Positions 18,343 to 28,664 of a DNA stretch of 64,000 nucleotides are shown one piece after another (within the stretch, counting starts at the first letter, position 1; each line of letters opens with the position of its first letter). This stretch comes from Alphaproteobacteria bacterium. GTDB taxonomy: Bacteria; Pseudomonadota; Alphaproteobacteria; UBA8366. A program made the position numbers and the translations under genes. The notes under the pieces were generated by a model. The model saw only the letters and a list, made by a program, of their open reading frames with translations. It had not been told where the DNA came from and did no database searches. The DNA lies in NCBI GenBank assembly GCA_021774335.1, contig JAJFJD010000046.1, forward strand, positions 342,109 through 406,108, given 5' to 3'.

Positions 18343-19643
18343 CCCATACTCCGCCGTCTGAGGGGGTCGTCCTGCTGCCCGGCCTGCTGCCAGTCTGCGA
18401 AGCTGTCCAACCCCAGCAACGCTTCGTAGCTCTGCCGTGCGCGGATCACCGAATAATCGCTTCCGCTCACCATAATCTCCGGCACCAAAGGCCGCGAATT
18501 ATAGGTCGACGCCATAACAGCACCGTAAGCCCCCGCAGAGGCGAATGCCAGTAAATCTCCGGTGACCACGGGCGGCAGTGGGTAACCGCGCACGAAGGTG
18601 TCGCCGGTCTCGCAAACCGGACCGACAACATCGGCGGGCTCGAAGACCGCATTGGACGGCGCCTGCGCCACCGGCATCAGGTCATGATGCGCATCGTAGA
18701 GCGTCGGGCGGATCAGATCGTTCATCGCGGCATCGAGAACAACGAAGCGGCGGCTGTTCCCAAGCTTCACGAACAGCACACGCGAGACCAGCAGGCCCGC
18801 GTTGCCGACCAGCATGCGGCCCGGCTCGAAGGCCAGCTGACAGCCGAGATCGCCGACCGTCTCGCGCACCATCACCGCATAGTCCGCCGGCAGCGGCGGT
18901 TCTTCGTCGCGATAGGGGATGCCGAGCCCGCCGCCGAGATCGAGCCGGGTTATCGTGTGCCCTTGGTCGCGCAGCGTCCGCACCAGATCGGCAACGCGGC
19001 TGAACGCCACGCGGAACGGTTCCAGATCGGTCAACTGCGAGCCGATATGGACCGCCACCGACACCGGGTTGATACCGGGCAGATCGGCGGCCCGCCGATA
19101 GGTCTCGACCGCGTCGGCGATATCGATGCCGAATTTGTCTTCCTGCCGGCCGGTCGAAATCTTGTCGTGGGTCTTCGCGTCCACGTCCGGGTTGACCCGG
19201 ACCGCGATATCCATGGTGGCACTGCGCGAGTCCGCGATCGCGGACAGCGCCTCCAGTTCGGGCAGCGATTCCACGTTGATCTGATGAATGCCGCGTTCCA
19301 CGGCACTCGCGAGTTCTGCCTGAGACTTGCCGACCCCGGAAAAGATGATGCCGTCCGCAGGGACACCCGCCGCCAGCGCCCGGCGCAATTCGCCTTCTGA
19401 CACCACGTCGGCGCCTGCGCCCAAATCCGCAAAGGTCTTGATGACCGCCAGGTTCGAGTTGGCCTTGACCGCATAGAACACTTTCGCGTCGAGACCGGAC
19501 AATGCTTCGGCGAATACCTGGTAATGCCGGGTCAGCGTCGCCGTCGAATAGCAATAGAAGGGGGTCCCTTCCGCCTCGGCAATCCGGGTGATCGGCACGT
19601 CTTCCGCGTGCAGGGCGCCATTGCGATACTGAAAATGGTTCAT
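18339..19643 (-). CDS. lysA: Diaminopimelate decarboxylase
   Basis: From ATG 19643 the protein reads MNHFQYRNGALHAEDV. It has PFYCYS, the PLP-lysine motif YAVKANSN, and EPGR and CETGD blocks. The track ORF 5' extension was rejected. Confidence 0.93.
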   Translation of the reverse strand: MNHFQYRNGALHAEDVPITRIAEAEGTPFYCYSTATLTRHYQVFAEALSGLDAKVFYAVKANSNLAVIKTFADLGAGADVVSEGELRRALAAGVPADGIIFSGVGKSQAELASAVERGIHQINVESLPELEALSAIADSRSATMDIAVRVNPDVDAKTHDKISTGRQEDKFGIDIADAVETYRRAADLPGINPVSVAVHIGSQLTDLEPFRVAFSRVADLVRTLRDQGHTITRLDLGGGLGIPYRDEEPPLPADYAVMVRETVGDLGCQLAFEPGRMLVGNAGLLVSRVLFVKLGNSRRFVVLDAAMNDLIRPTLYDAHHDLMPVAQAPSNAVFEPADVVGPVCETGDTFVRGYPLPPVVTGDLLAFASAGAYGAVMASTYNSRPLVPEIMVSGSDYSVIRARQSYEALLGLDSFADWQQAGQQDDPLRRRSMG

Positions 19644-19768
19644 CGCGGCGCCGGATAGGTTCTGGGATATTCGCTCTTGCCCGGCGCTTCCGGCGGCCCC
19701 TTTTTGCCGCAAGCGGCCAGACCGGCGGCCAGCGCCAGAACGAAAAACACCCGTAAAATCAATCGCAT
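19640..19768 (-). CDS. Small lipoprotein, LptM/YifL-like
   Basis: The 42-aa protein is [42 protein letters not shown]. It has the lipobox LAAC followed by GKKGP, resembling the CG-x-KGP motif of YifL/LptM. It is wedged between argH and lysA, overlapping argH by 1 nt (TGATG) and lysA by 4 nt (ATGA). In the track it appears only as the tail of a longer ORF. Confidence 0.6.
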   Translation of the reverse strand: MRLILRVFFVLALAAGLAACGKKGPPEAPGKSEYPRTYPAPR

Positions 19769-21150
19769 CACAAGAATTTCTCCCGTGCGGCCTTGGCGGC
19801 CTCGCGCACCCGGCCGGGCGCGGTCCCGCCGAAACTCGTCCGGCTCTGTACCGACGCCACATTGCTCAATACTGAGTATATATCCTGGGTGATCCCGGAT
19901 TCCACCCGTTGCATGTCCGCAAGCGGCAGATCCGCCAGTCCGCAGCCCTGTTTTTCCGCCAAGGCGACGATCTGGCCCGTCACGTGATGGGCTCGGCGGA
20001 AAGGCATATCGAGCACGCGCACCAGCCAATCCGCCAGATCGGTCGCCGTCGGGAACCCATCCACGAGCGCACGTTCCATCGCGTCCGGGTCGGCTTCCAT
20101 GTCGCCGACCATGCCGGCCATCGCGGCGATGGCGAGCGACAGGCTTTCCGCGGCGTCGAAGGCCGGCTCCTTGTCTTCCTGCATATCCTTGCCGTAGGCC
20201 AGCGGCAGGCCTTTCATCACGATCATCAGGCCGGTCATCGCGCCGACGATCCGGCCGGCCTTGGCGCGCGCCAGTTCGGCGGCGTCCGGGTTGCGCTTCT
20301 GCGGCATGATCGACGAGCCGGTGGTATAGGCGTCCGACAATCGGATGAAGCCGTATTGCGGCGTACACCACAGCACGATTTCCTCGGCCAGGCGCGAAAT
20401 ATGGATCGCCGAAATCGACAGCGCCGCCAGGAACTCCAGCGTGAAATCGCGCGCCGACACGGCGTCCATGGAGTTCTCCATGGGCGCGTCGAAGCCGAGC
20501 GCCGCCGCCGTCGCATGGCGGTCGATATCGAAGGACGTGCCGGCCAGCGCAGCAGCACCCAGCGGGCTTTCGTTGACCCGCGCGCGGCAGTCCCGCAGCC
20601 GCCCACGGTCGCGCCCGACCATCGCCACATAGGCCAGCAGATGGTGGCCGAAGGTAATGGGTTGGGCCGGCTGCAGATGCGTGAGGCCCGGCATAACGGT
20701 ATCCGCATGCGCCTCGGCCTTTTCGATCAGGGCCGCCTGCAGCGCCTGAAGCTGTTCATCCAAGCCATCGACCGCGTCCCGCACCCACAGGCGAAAATCG
20801 GTCGCCACCTGATCATTGCGGCTGCGCGCCGTATGCAACCGCCCGGCGGCATCGCCGATCAATTCTGCGAGACGGGCCTCAATATTCAAGTGGATATCTT
20901 CCAGCGCCGTTTTAAATTCAAACGTACCGGCCTCGATCTCCTTCAGGATGCGGTCGAGCCCGTCCTGGATCGCGGCGCCGTCTTCGGCGCTGATCAGGCC
21001 CTGATCGGCCAACATTGCGCAATGCGCCTTGGACCCCGCGATGTCCTGGGCGTAGAGCCGCCGGTCGAAACCGATGGAGGCGTTGATTTGTTCCATGATG
21101 GCCGAGGGGCCCGACGCGTAGCGCCCGCCCCACATGCTGTTGCTGCTCAT
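19768..21150 (-). CDS. argH: Argininosuccinate lyase
   Basis: It has the fumarate-lyase signature [12 protein letters not shown] and ArgH-typical MWGGRY and SRNDQV blocks. Confidence 0.95.
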   Translation of the reverse strand: MSSNSMWGGRYASGPSAIMEQINASIGFDRRLYAQDIAGSKAHCAMLADQGLISAEDGAAIQDGLDRILKEIEAGTFEFKTALEDIHLNIEARLAELIGDAAGRLHTARSRNDQVATDFRLWVRDAVDGLDEQLQALQAALIEKAEAHADTVMPGLTHLQPAQPITFGHHLLAYVAMVGRDRGRLRDCRARVNESPLGAAALAGTSFDIDRHATAAALGFDAPMENSMDAVSARDFTLEFLAALSISAIHISRLAEEIVLWCTPQYGFIRLSDAYTTGSSIMPQKRNPDAAELARAKAGRIVGAMTGLMIVMKGLPLAYGKDMQEDKEPAFDAAESLSLAIAAMAGMVGDMEADPDAMERALVDGFPTATDLADWLVRVLDMPFRRAHHVTGQIVALAEKQGCGLADLPLADMQRVESGITQDIYSVLSNVASVQSRTSFGGTAPGRVREAAKAAREKFL

Positions 21151-21174
21151 GGCGCACCATTTATCGTAGGCACG

Positions 21175-21738
21175 ATGAAACCCATTGAATTCATATCAAA
21201 ACTTCTCTTGGCCATCTTTCTGTTCGCCGCGGTGGCGTCGGGCCCGACATTCGCAGGCCCACCGCTCAACGGCTGGATGGAGCAATTTACCCCCATCGAT
21301 ACGCCCAAACCAGTGCCGCAAACGGGCTTCTTCGACGGCGCGGCCAAGGGGCAATCGCTGGGCGACTTCAAGGGCCGCGTCGTGCTGGTGAATTTCTGGG
21401 CGACCTGGTGCGCCCCCTGCGTCCGCGAACTGCCCTCGCTGGACCGGCTGCAGGCGGATATGGGCGGCAAGGACTTCACCGTGGTCGCGGTCAGCATCGA
21501 CCGGGGCGGCGCGAAGACGGCCGAGCCTTTCCTCCGGAAGAAACTCGGCCTCAGCAAACTCGGGCTCTACGTCGACAAGCGCATGGAACTAGCCCGCGCC
21601 CTCGGCGTGAAGGGCATGCCCACCAGCTTCTTGATCGACCGTCGGGGCAACATCCGCGGTTCCCTCACCGGCATCGCCGAATGGGACGACAAGGACGCCA
21701 AGGCCCTGATCCGCTACTACATGAAGGACGGCGGCTAG
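21175..21738 (+). CDS. TlpA-family thiol:disulfide oxidoreductase (thioredoxin-like, secreted)
   Basis: The ATG at 21175 opens a signal peptide ([27 protein letters not shown]), and the CxxC motif is WATWCAPC. The upstream 420 aa of the 609-aa track ORF is antisense to argH and was rejected. Confidence 0.85.
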   Translation: MKPIEFISKLLLAIFLFAAVASGPTFAGPPLNGWMEQFTPIDTPKPVPQTGFFDGAAKGQSLGDFKGRVVLVNFWATWCAPCVRELPSLDRLQADMGGKDFTVVAVSIDRGGAKTAEPFLRKKLGLSKLGLYVDKRMELARALGVKGMPTSFLIDRRGNIRGSLTGIAEWDDKDAKALIRYYMKDGG

Positions 21739-22607
21739 CGCGTCGGGACCGGCGTTTCCCCGCCGTAGTCGTAGAAACCGCGGCCCGCTTTGCGACCGAG
21801 CCAGCCCGCCTCGACATACTTCACGAGCAACGGACAGGGCCGGTATTTCGAATCCGCCAAGCCTTCATACAGCACCTGCATGATCGACAAGCACGTATCG
21901 AGGCCGATGAAATCGGCAAGCTCGAGCGGCCCCATCGGGTGGTTCGCGCCCAATCGCATCGCCTTGTCGATCGCTTCGACGCCGCCGACGCCTTCATACA
22001 GCGTGTAGACCGCCTCGTTGATCATCGGCAGCAGGATGCGGTTGACGATAAAGGCCGGGAAATCCTCGGCCACCGCCACGTCCTTGCCGAGGGTCTCGGC
22101 CAACGTCTTGATCGCCTGGAAGGTTTCCTCGTCGGTCGCCAATCCGCGGATCAGCTCGACCAGCTTCATGACCGGCACCGGCAGCATGAAATGCATGCCG
22201 ATGAAGCGTTCCGGCCGGTCGGTCGATGCCGCAAGCCGGGTGATCGAAATCGATGAGGTGTTGCTTGCCAGCAGAGCGTCCGCCTTGAGATGCGGCAAGA
22301 GCTGCTGGAAGATCGCGCGCTTGATCTCTTCGTTCTCGGTCGCGGCCTCGATGACGAAATCGCAGCCGCCGAACAACGCGTAGTCCACACCCATCTCGAT
22401 CCGGCCGAGCGCCCCCGCCTTGTCGTCCTCGCTCAACAGCGAGCGTTTGACCTGGCGGTCCATGTTTTTGGTGATGGTCGCGAGCGCGGCGTCGAGCTGG
22501 TCTTGCGACAAATCGACGAGCTTCACGTCGAATCCGGACGCGGCGCAGACATGGGCAATACCATTGCCCATCTGACCGGCGCCAATGACGCCGATAGTCT
22601 TGATCAT
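21735..22607 (-). CDS. hbd: 3-hydroxybutyryl-CoA / 3-hydroxyacyl-CoA dehydrogenase
   Basis: It has the NAD motif IGVIGAGQMGNGIA and SNTSSISIT and GRKAGRGFYDY blocks. Confidence 0.9.
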   Translation of the reverse strand: MIKTIGVIGAGQMGNGIAHVCAASGFDVKLVDLSQDQLDAALATITKNMDRQVKRSLLSEDDKAGALGRIEMGVDYALFGGCDFVIEAATENEEIKRAIFQQLLPHLKADALLASNTSSISITRLAASTDRPERFIGMHFMLPVPVMKLVELIRGLATDEETFQAIKTLAETLGKDVAVAEDFPAFIVNRILLPMINEAVYTLYEGVGGVEAIDKAMRLGANHPMGPLELADFIGLDTCLSIMQVLYEGLADSKYRPCPLLVKYVEAGWLGRKAGRGFYDYGGETPVPTR

Positions 22608-22642
22608 AGCCCTACTCCCAACGTGCCGGTGCGGCGTGCCGC

Positions 22643-23584
22643 CTACAGCACTTTATCGAGTTCTTCCTCCAGCTCGGGCACGATCGTGAAGAGATCCCCC
22701 ACGATACCGTAATCCGCGACCTGGAAGATGGGCGCTTCCTCATCCTTGTTTATCGCGACGATGACTTTGCTGTCCTTCATACCGGCCAAATGCTGGATTG
22801 CACCCGAAATGCCGACCGCGATGTATAGTTCCGGCGCTACGATTTTGCCGGTTTGGCCAACCTGATAGTCATTCGGCACGAAGCCGGCGTCGACCGCCGC
22901 CCGCGATGCCCCGACCGCGGCGCCGATCTTGTCGGCGACCCGTTCGAGCATGACGAAATTCTCGCCATTCTGCATGCCGCGGCCGCCGGAAATCACCACC
23001 CGCGCCGCCGTCAGTTCGGGGCGCTCGGACTTGGAGATTTCGGACCCGACATAGCTGGTAAGACCCGCATCACCGGTCGCATCGACCGCCTCGACGGCAG
23101 CGGAGCCGCCCGCATCGGCCACCGGGTCGAACCCGGTGGTCCGCACGGTGATGACCTTGACCGCGTCCGACGACTGAACGGTCGCGATCGCGTTGCCGGC
23201 GTAGATCGGCCGTTCGAAGGTGTCGTCGGATTCGACGGCAGTGATATCGGAGATCTGCTGCACGTCGAGCATGGCGGCGACGCGCGGCAACAGGTTCTTG
23301 CCGAATGTGTCCGCCGGCGCCAGCACATGCGAATAGTCGCCCGCCAGCTTCACGATCAACGGTGCGAGATTCTCGGCGATGCCATTGGCGTATTCCGCAC
23401 CCTTGGCGACCAGCACCTTGGCGACGCCGTCGATCTTGGCAGCGGCCTCGGCCACGCCGTCGCAGTTGTCGCCCGCGACCAGCAGATGGACATCACCCGA
23501 AATCGCGTTGGCGGCGGCGACCGTGTTCAGCGTCGCACCCTTCAGTTCCGAATTTTCGTGTTCGGCAACGACGAGGCTTGTCAT
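22643..23584 (-). CDS. etfA: Electron transfer flavoprotein alpha subunit
   Basis: It has the C-terminal FAD-binding block [19 protein letters not shown]. It overlaps the etfB stop by 4 nt. Confidence 0.93.
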   Translation of the reverse strand: MTSLVVAEHENSELKGATLNTVAAANAISGDVHLLVAGDNCDGVAEAAAKIDGVAKVLVAKGAEYANGIAENLAPLIVKLAGDYSHVLAPADTFGKNLLPRVAAMLDVQQISDITAVESDDTFERPIYAGNAIATVQSSDAVKVITVRTTGFDPVADAGGSAAVEAVDATGDAGLTSYVGSEISKSERPELTAARVVISGGRGMQNGENFVMLERVADKIGAAVGASRAAVDAGFVPNDYQVGQTGKIVAPELYIAVGISGAIQHLAGMKDSKVIVAINKDEEAPIFQVADYGIVGDLFTIVPELEEELDKVL

Positions 23585-24336
23585 ACTCCGATCACCTTCG
23601 CTTCGTTCTTCAGTTTGTCGACTAGTTCGGCGACCGTTTCCACCTTCACGCCCGCTTCGCGCTTGGGCGGTTCAACGACCTTGAGCGTCGCCAGCCGGGG
23701 GCTGATATCGACGCCCACGTCTTCCGGGGTCAACATATCGATGGGTTTCTTCTTCGCCTTCATGATATTCGGCAGCGAGGCATAGCGCGGCTCGTTGAGG
23801 CGCAGATCGACAGTGACGACCGCCGGCAGCGAAACCTTGATCGTTTCCAACCCGCCGTCGATTTCGCGCGTAACCTGCGCGCTACCGTCGCCGAGTTCGA
23901 TCTCGGACGCGAAGGTCGCCTGGCTCCACCCCAGCAGGGCGGCCAGCATCTGACCGGTTTGGTTGGAATCGTCGTCGATCGCCTGCTTGCCCGCGATCAC
24001 CAGATCGGGGCTTTCGCGATCGACCAGAACCTTGAGGATCTTCGCGACCGCCAGCGGCTCGACCTGCTCATCGGTCTGCACCAGGATGCCGCGGTCGGCG
24101 CCCATGGCCAAGGCCGTGCGGATTGTTTCCTGGGACTGCTGTGCCCCGATCGATACGGCGATCACTTCGCTTGCGGTGCCCGCTTCTTTCATGCGGATCG
24201 CTTCCTCGACGGAAATTTCGTCGAACGGGTTCATCGACATCTTAACGTTGGCGGTTTCCACGCCGGTCTGGTCCGCTTTGACGCGGATTTTAACGTTGTA
24301 ATCGATAACGCGTTTGACGGGGACGAGAACCTTCAT
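23581..24336 (-). CDS. etfB: Electron transfer flavoprotein beta subunit
   Basis: The N-terminus [19 protein letters not shown] is canonical EtfB. The ATG at 24336 is preferred over the GTG at 24345, which lies too close to the GGGGAG SD. Confidence 0.92.
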   Translation of the reverse strand: MKVLVPVKRVIDYNVKIRVKADQTGVETANVKMSMNPFDEISVEEAIRMKEAGTASEVIAVSIGAQQSQETIRTALAMGADRGILVQTDEQVEPLAVAKILKVLVDRESPDLVIAGKQAIDDDSNQTGQMLAALLGWSQATFASEIELGDGSAQVTREIDGGLETIKVSLPAVVTVDLRLNEPRYASLPNIMKAKKKPIDMLTPEDVGVDISPRLATLKVVEPPKREAGVKVETVAELVDKLKNEAKVIGV

Positions 24337-24459
24337 CGCGCTCACTTCTCCCCTAGGCTTTTTGAAACTGGATTGAACCTGGATTTAGATTGACCTTAGT
24401 GCGGCCCCGGTACGCTGCAGTGCAACATCGCAGTGCACAAAGGCTCGCTTTCGCGCGGA

Positions 24460-24488
24460 AACATAGGCGTTAGCGTCCCGCAGGTCAA
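24460..24488 (-). promoter_or_regulatory. Sigma70-like promoter candidate for etfBA-hbd (TTGACC-N17-TATGTT)
   Basis: On the minus strand, TTGACC lies at 24488-24483, followed by a 17-nt spacer and TATGTT at 24465-24460. This is about 125 nt upstream of etfB, directly after the stop of the upstream gene. Confidence 0.4.
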
Positions 24489-24496
24489 ACCGGCCT

Positions 24497-25294
24497 CTAC
24501 CGCGTGGAAATGTCGCGAAACCCCGCCACCCGGTTCCGCATGGCATGGGTCCGGCTGACCTCGCCGAGGGGCGCCAAATCCCAGTTCCACTGGGTTCCCC
24601 GGCCCGGCAGGTCCGCGCCGTAGAGCGCATTCTGACGCTGAACCACCGCGCCGTCCTTATCGAGGGCCGCGCGTTCCGTCTCGGTGATCAGGCAAACCAC
24701 CGCGTCGAACCGCCGCAGATAGGCGAGGTGGGCCGCGATTACCGCGCGGCAGAAGTCTTCGAGTGGCTCGCCATCCAAACGGGTCCGGCGCTGCAGTGCA
24801 GCAGCGGGGAATATCGGCAGTTGCGCGAGCAAGTTCGCGGAGACGACGAGATCGATATCCGGTTGGTCCAGAAATACGGTCGGGTCCGGAACCGGATCGC
24901 CCTGCCAGCCGGACGACACACGGAAATCGAAGTCGGCCGCCATACCGGTCACATCCTCCGCCGCCAGGGTCACATTGGCGAAGGCGGCGGCCTGCCGCCG
25001 CGCGGCGCGCAAATGCACCAGATCGACCAGGACCACTTGCTCGAACTGCCGCGACAACTCAGCCAAGGGAATATCAAGCAGCAGCCCCGAGCCCAGGACC
25101 AGCGCCGTACGCCGCCGCCCGCATTGGTCAATGGCCTCTCGGATGAGAGTCTGCGACTGTTCCAGATGCGGCGCCCACGCGCCGGCCAGGCGTTTCTGCC
25201 GCGCGCCGATGGCGATCGCTTCCTTCAGATAGCCGAGCTTGCGCGCATATTTCGGGCAGGCCGTGGTGAGATATTCGAGGAGTTCGAGGATCAC
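24497..25294 (-). CDS. Hypothetical protein with class I SAM-methyltransferase-like strand order (weak)
   Basis: 265-aa GC3-rich ORF. The order TALVLGSGLLLDIP / VVLVDLV / DLVVSANLLAQLP resembles motif I, post-I and motif IV of Rossmann methyltransferases. I recognised no family. Confidence 0.55.
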   Translation of the reverse strand: MILELLEYLTTACPKYARKLGYLKEAIAIGARQKRLAGAWAPHLEQSQTLIREAIDQCGRRRTALVLGSGLLLDIPLAELSRQFEQVVLVDLVHLRAARRQAAAFANVTLAAEDVTGMAADFDFRVSSGWQGDPVPDPTVFLDQPDIDLVVSANLLAQLPIFPAAALQRRTRLDGEPLEDFCRAVIAAHLAYLRRFDAVVCLITETERAALDKDGAVVQRQNALYGADLPGRGTQWNWDLAPLGEVSRTHAMRNRVAGFRDISTR

Positions 25295-25309
25295 CGCGGG
25301 ATCACGGTC

Positions 25310-25897
25310 TTAGCGGTTCGCGCCCGGCACCCAGAGGACATCGTCCGCCCCTCCGTTGTTGGCGTCCCGTGCCATCACGAACAGCAGGTCCGACAGCCGG
25401 TTCAGGTAGACGATCGCATCCGGATTGACGGTCTCGGTGGCGCTCAACTCGGTGACCATGCGTTCCGCCCGCCGCGCCACGGTGCGGGCGTGATGCAGAT
25501 GCGCCGCCACCATGGTGCCACCCGGCAGAATGAAACTGGTCAGGGCGTCGAGCCCCTCGTTAATGGTATCGATTTCCGTTTCCAGCCGCGCCGCCTGTTC
25601 GGCGGTGATCCTCAGTGCGCCGTCGCCCTTGCGGCCTTCTTCCGGCGTGCAGAGGTCCGCGCCCACGTCGAACAAATCGTTTTGCACCCGCGACAGGATG
25701 GCGTCGGCGCGCGCCAGCGCCTCGGACGGATCGGTCCGCGCTATTTCCGCGCGGGCGATGCCGAGCACGGCATTCGCTTCATCCACCGTACCGTAGGCCG
25801 CGACGCGCAGATCGTGCTTCGCGACCCGGCTGCCATCGCCTAAAGAGGTCTGACCGGTGTCGCCACCGCCGGTATAGATACGCGTGAGCTGAACCAT
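25310..25897 (-). CDS. ATP:cob(I)alamin adenosyltransferase, PduO type
   Basis: From ATG 25897 the protein reads MVQLTRIYTGGGDTGQTSL, which is canonical for the PduO/MMAB family. Its start overlaps the upstream stop. Confidence 0.9.
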   Translation of the reverse strand: MVQLTRIYTGGGDTGQTSLGDGSRVAKHDLRVAAYGTVDEANAVLGIARAEIARTDPSEALARADAILSRVQNDLFDVGADLCTPEEGRKGDGALRITAEQAARLETEIDTINEGLDALTSFILPGGTMVAAHLHHARTVARRAERMVTELSATETVNPDAIVYLNRLSDLLFVMARDANNGGADDVLWVPGANR

Positions 25898-26097
25898 CAG
25901 GTCTTCCCCAGCACGACCATCAGAATGGCGAACAGCAACAGTGCGACCGCCTGGCATACGATCCGGGCGCGCATCAGCTTGTTCGAGTAGCGTCGGTTGA
26001 ACTCACCGCCGCGCGCCATGCCGAACACGCCGACCAGCAGCACACCGAGCGTGGCGAACATGGCAACAACGAGAAGGACCACGATAAATCCGGACAT
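25897..26097 (-). CDS. Twin-transmembrane-helix small protein (HIG1-domain-like)
   Basis: 66 aa with two hydrophobic helices separated by GMARGGEFNRRYSNKLMRARI. This is typical of alphaproteobacterial HIG1-type proteins. Confidence 0.7.
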   Translation of the reverse strand: MSGFIVVLLVVAMFATLGVLLVGVFGMARGGEFNRRYSNKLMRARIVCQAVALLLFAILMVVLGKT

Positions 26098-26160
26098 GGC
26101 TATGGATATAGAACCTTTTGCCGCCGCTGCACAGGGTCAACCCGGCCGCAAAGTACGCCG

Positions 26161-26796
26161 CTACGGGTTACGTCGCGCCAGCGCCAGGCCCAGGCCGGTG
26201 CCGATCAGCAGGGTGCCGGTGATGCCGTTGCGGACCCGCGTCCGGCGGGCATCCATCAACCGGCCGCGCAACCGCCCGGCCAACAGGGCGTACCCGCTGT
26301 CGATGACGACGGCGAAGACGACGAAGGCGACGCTCATGCAGATCAACTGCGGGCCAACCGGCAAGGCCGTATCCAAAAATTGCGGGAAGAAGGCAATGTA
26401 GAACAGGATTGTCTTCGGGTTGGTGATGGCGACGACCAGCCCTTGCAGGAAGACGCCGCGCGCCCGTGGCGCGGGCGCAACATCGTCGTCCGCGACGGAG
26501 CGCAACGCCGCGCGCCAGTGCCGCACGCCGAGATAAATCAGATAAGCGACACCGATCCAGCGCACCCACTCGAATAGATCCGCGACCAACACCAGCATGG
26601 TCGAGAGACCAAGCGCACCCGCGACCACCAGCAGCGCGTTGCCGAAGCTCGACCCCGCAACAGTCGAGAGGCCGGTGCGCGGCCCATGCGCCAAGCTGTT
26701 GGCGATGACCAGGGTCACGATCGGGCCCGGCATGAGGATCAACGCAACCGTCGCAACCAAATAGGCCGCGAAGAGATCGCCGTTCAGGAATTCCAT
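26161..26796 (-). CDS. LysE family amino-acid translocator
   Basis: From ATG 26796 the protein reads MEFLNGDLFAAYLVATVALILMPGPIV and contains the LysE PGP motif. About six TM segments are predicted. Confidence 0.85.
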   Translation of the reverse strand: MEFLNGDLFAAYLVATVALILMPGPIVTLVIANSLAHGPRTGLSTVAGSSFGNALLVVAGALGLSTMLVLVADLFEWVRWIGVAYLIYLGVRHWRAALRSVADDDVAPAPRARGVFLQGLVVAITNPKTILFYIAFFPQFLDTALPVGPQLICMSVAFVVFAVVIDSGYALLAGRLRGRLMDARRTRVRNGITGTLLIGTGLGLALARRNP

Positions 26797-26842
26797 AACC
26801 GCGCGTCCTTTCGAGTGAGTGGGCCGACCACGCCGGTTCGCC

Positions 26843-28522
26843 CTAGTTCCGGCTACCCAGCAATCCACGGACGATCACATTCGCCTGAATCTCGGCCGTC
26901 CCTTCGAAGATGTTCAGGATCCGGGCGTCGCACAGCACCCGGGAAATCGGGAACTCCTCGGCATAGCCGTTGCCGCCGTGAATCTGCACCGCGTTATCCG
27001 CGTTCGACCATGCGGTACGCGCCGCCAGCAACTTGGCCATGCCCGCCTCCACGTCGCAGCGCCGGTCCGAATCCTTCTGTCGTGCCGCGAAATAGCTGAG
27101 CTGCCGCGAGATCATCGTCTCAACCGCCATCCAGGCAATCTTGCCGGAAATCCGCGGGAAGGCGATCAGCGGCTTGCGGAACTGTATCCGTTCCTTGGCA
27201 TAGGTCAGCGCCAGTTCGAGCGCGTTCTGCGCCACACCGACGGCGCGGGCGGCAGTCTGAATTCGCGCGGACTCGAAGGTCGCCATCAATTGCTTGAACC
27301 CGTCGCCCTCGGTCTCGCCGAGCAGGTTCTCCGCCGCTACCACGAAGCCGTCGAAGCCGATCTCGTATTCCTTCATGCCGCGATAGCCAAGGACGCGGAT
27401 TTCTCCGCCGGACATGCCATCCGCCGGAAAGGGGTCGGCGTCGGTGCCGCGCGGTTTCTCCGCCAGGAACATCGACAGACCGCGATACCCCGGTTCGTCC
27501 GGGTTGCTGCGCACCAGCAGGGTCATCATGTCGCTGCGCGCGCCATGGGTAATCCAGGTCTTGTTGCCGTGGATGCGGTAGACGTCGCCATCGCGCTCGG
27601 CCCGCGTACGCAGACTGCCAAGGTCCGATCCGGTATTCGGTTCGGTGAACACCGCTGTCGGCAAAACCTCCCCCGATGCGATGCGCGGCAGCCATTTCTG
27701 CTTCTGCGCCTCGGTCCCGCCGAGCTTGATCAATTCGGCGGCGATCTCGGAGCGGGTGCCGAGTGATCCGACGCCGATATAGCCGCGGCTCAGTTCTTCC
27801 GTCACGACGCACATCGCCATCTTGCCGAGCCCGAGCCCGCCGTATTCCTCGGGTACGGTCAGGCCGAACACGCCCAGCTCCGACAATTCCTCGACCAAGG
27901 GCAGCGGGATCAGCTCGTCCTTGATATGCCACTCCTGGCAATGCGGCGCGATCTTCTCGTCCGCGAAGCGGTTGAACTGGTCCTGCATCAGGGTCAACGT
28001 CTCGTCGCCAAGCGCGGGGTCGGCGAAGCCGTCCTCGGCGATCAGTTCGCATAACCGATGCCGCACCACCGGCGTGTTGCCGGATCGCGCCAGCCGTCCA
28101 ACTGCATTTGTCAGAAACGCCGCGATCGCATCGGGGGGCACGTTGAGATCGACGAGCCGAAACAACTCGCCCTGGCTCATCGCGATGCCGCCGATGATCT
28201 GCCGGAAATACTCACCGTAGGCCGCCTGCAGCATGAGCGCCTCGCGCTCGCCGAATTGACCGGCTTTGTCCGTGCGTTCCCCCCAATCGAGCATCTGACG
28301 CAACGCCTCGACATAGGTCGATAACCAGGCGTACCCATGCGCCGCGAACTGCTCGGTCTCCAGCAGCGCGCCATCGACCCCGCCTTCCGGCGCGATACGC
28401 GCGGAAATCGCCCGCTGGGCCCGGCCAAGCAGCGAATCCGAGGAGGCTAGCGCTTCGCGGCACGTCGGGAGCAGATTATCCAACAGCAGCGGTTCGTCCG
28501 TCGCGATCGCGGATTCTGACAT
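26843..28522 (-). CDS. Acyl-CoA dehydrogenase family protein (long form, ~559 aa)
   Basis: It has ACAD blocks TEPNTGSDLGS and IHGGNGYAEEFPISRVLCDARILNIFEGTAEIQ, plus an N-terminal extension of about 170 aa. Confidence 0.85.
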   Translation of the reverse strand: MSESAIATDEPLLLDNLLPTCREALASSDSLLGRAQRAISARIAPEGGVDGALLETEQFAAHGYAWLSTYVEALRQMLDWGERTDKAGQFGEREALMLQAAYGEYFRQIIGGIAMSQGELFRLVDLNVPPDAIAAFLTNAVGRLARSGNTPVVRHRLCELIAEDGFADPALGDETLTLMQDQFNRFADEKIAPHCQEWHIKDELIPLPLVEELSELGVFGLTVPEEYGGLGLGKMAMCVVTEELSRGYIGVGSLGTRSEIAAELIKLGGTEAQKQKWLPRIASGEVLPTAVFTEPNTGSDLGSLRTRAERDGDVYRIHGNKTWITHGARSDMMTLLVRSNPDEPGYRGLSMFLAEKPRGTDADPFPADGMSGGEIRVLGYRGMKEYEIGFDGFVVAAENLLGETEGDGFKQLMATFESARIQTAARAVGVAQNALELALTYAKERIQFRKPLIAFPRISGKIAWMAVETMISRQLSYFAARQKDSDRRCDVEAGMAKLLAARTAWSNADNAVQIHGGNGYAEEFPISRVLCDARILNIFEGTAEIQANVIVRGLLGSRN

Positions 28523-28664
28523 TTCTATCTCCTAGGCCCTGTACATCCGCACGGGGCGCCCTCACAAGGTTGTGTGCGGGTTTCGGGTTGTTGGTTCTTG
28601 ATGAGATCGTCCAAGCACCCGATCCTTAGGGAAACTATGCATGTCCTGTCAAAAGGAAAGTCGG

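Noticed and set aside
19909-21174. First ~420 aa of the 609-aa plus-strand ORF
   Set aside because: It is antisense to argH, which has unambiguous lyase signatures. Only the last 187 aa, from ATG 21175 (TlpA-like, WCAPC), look like a real protein.
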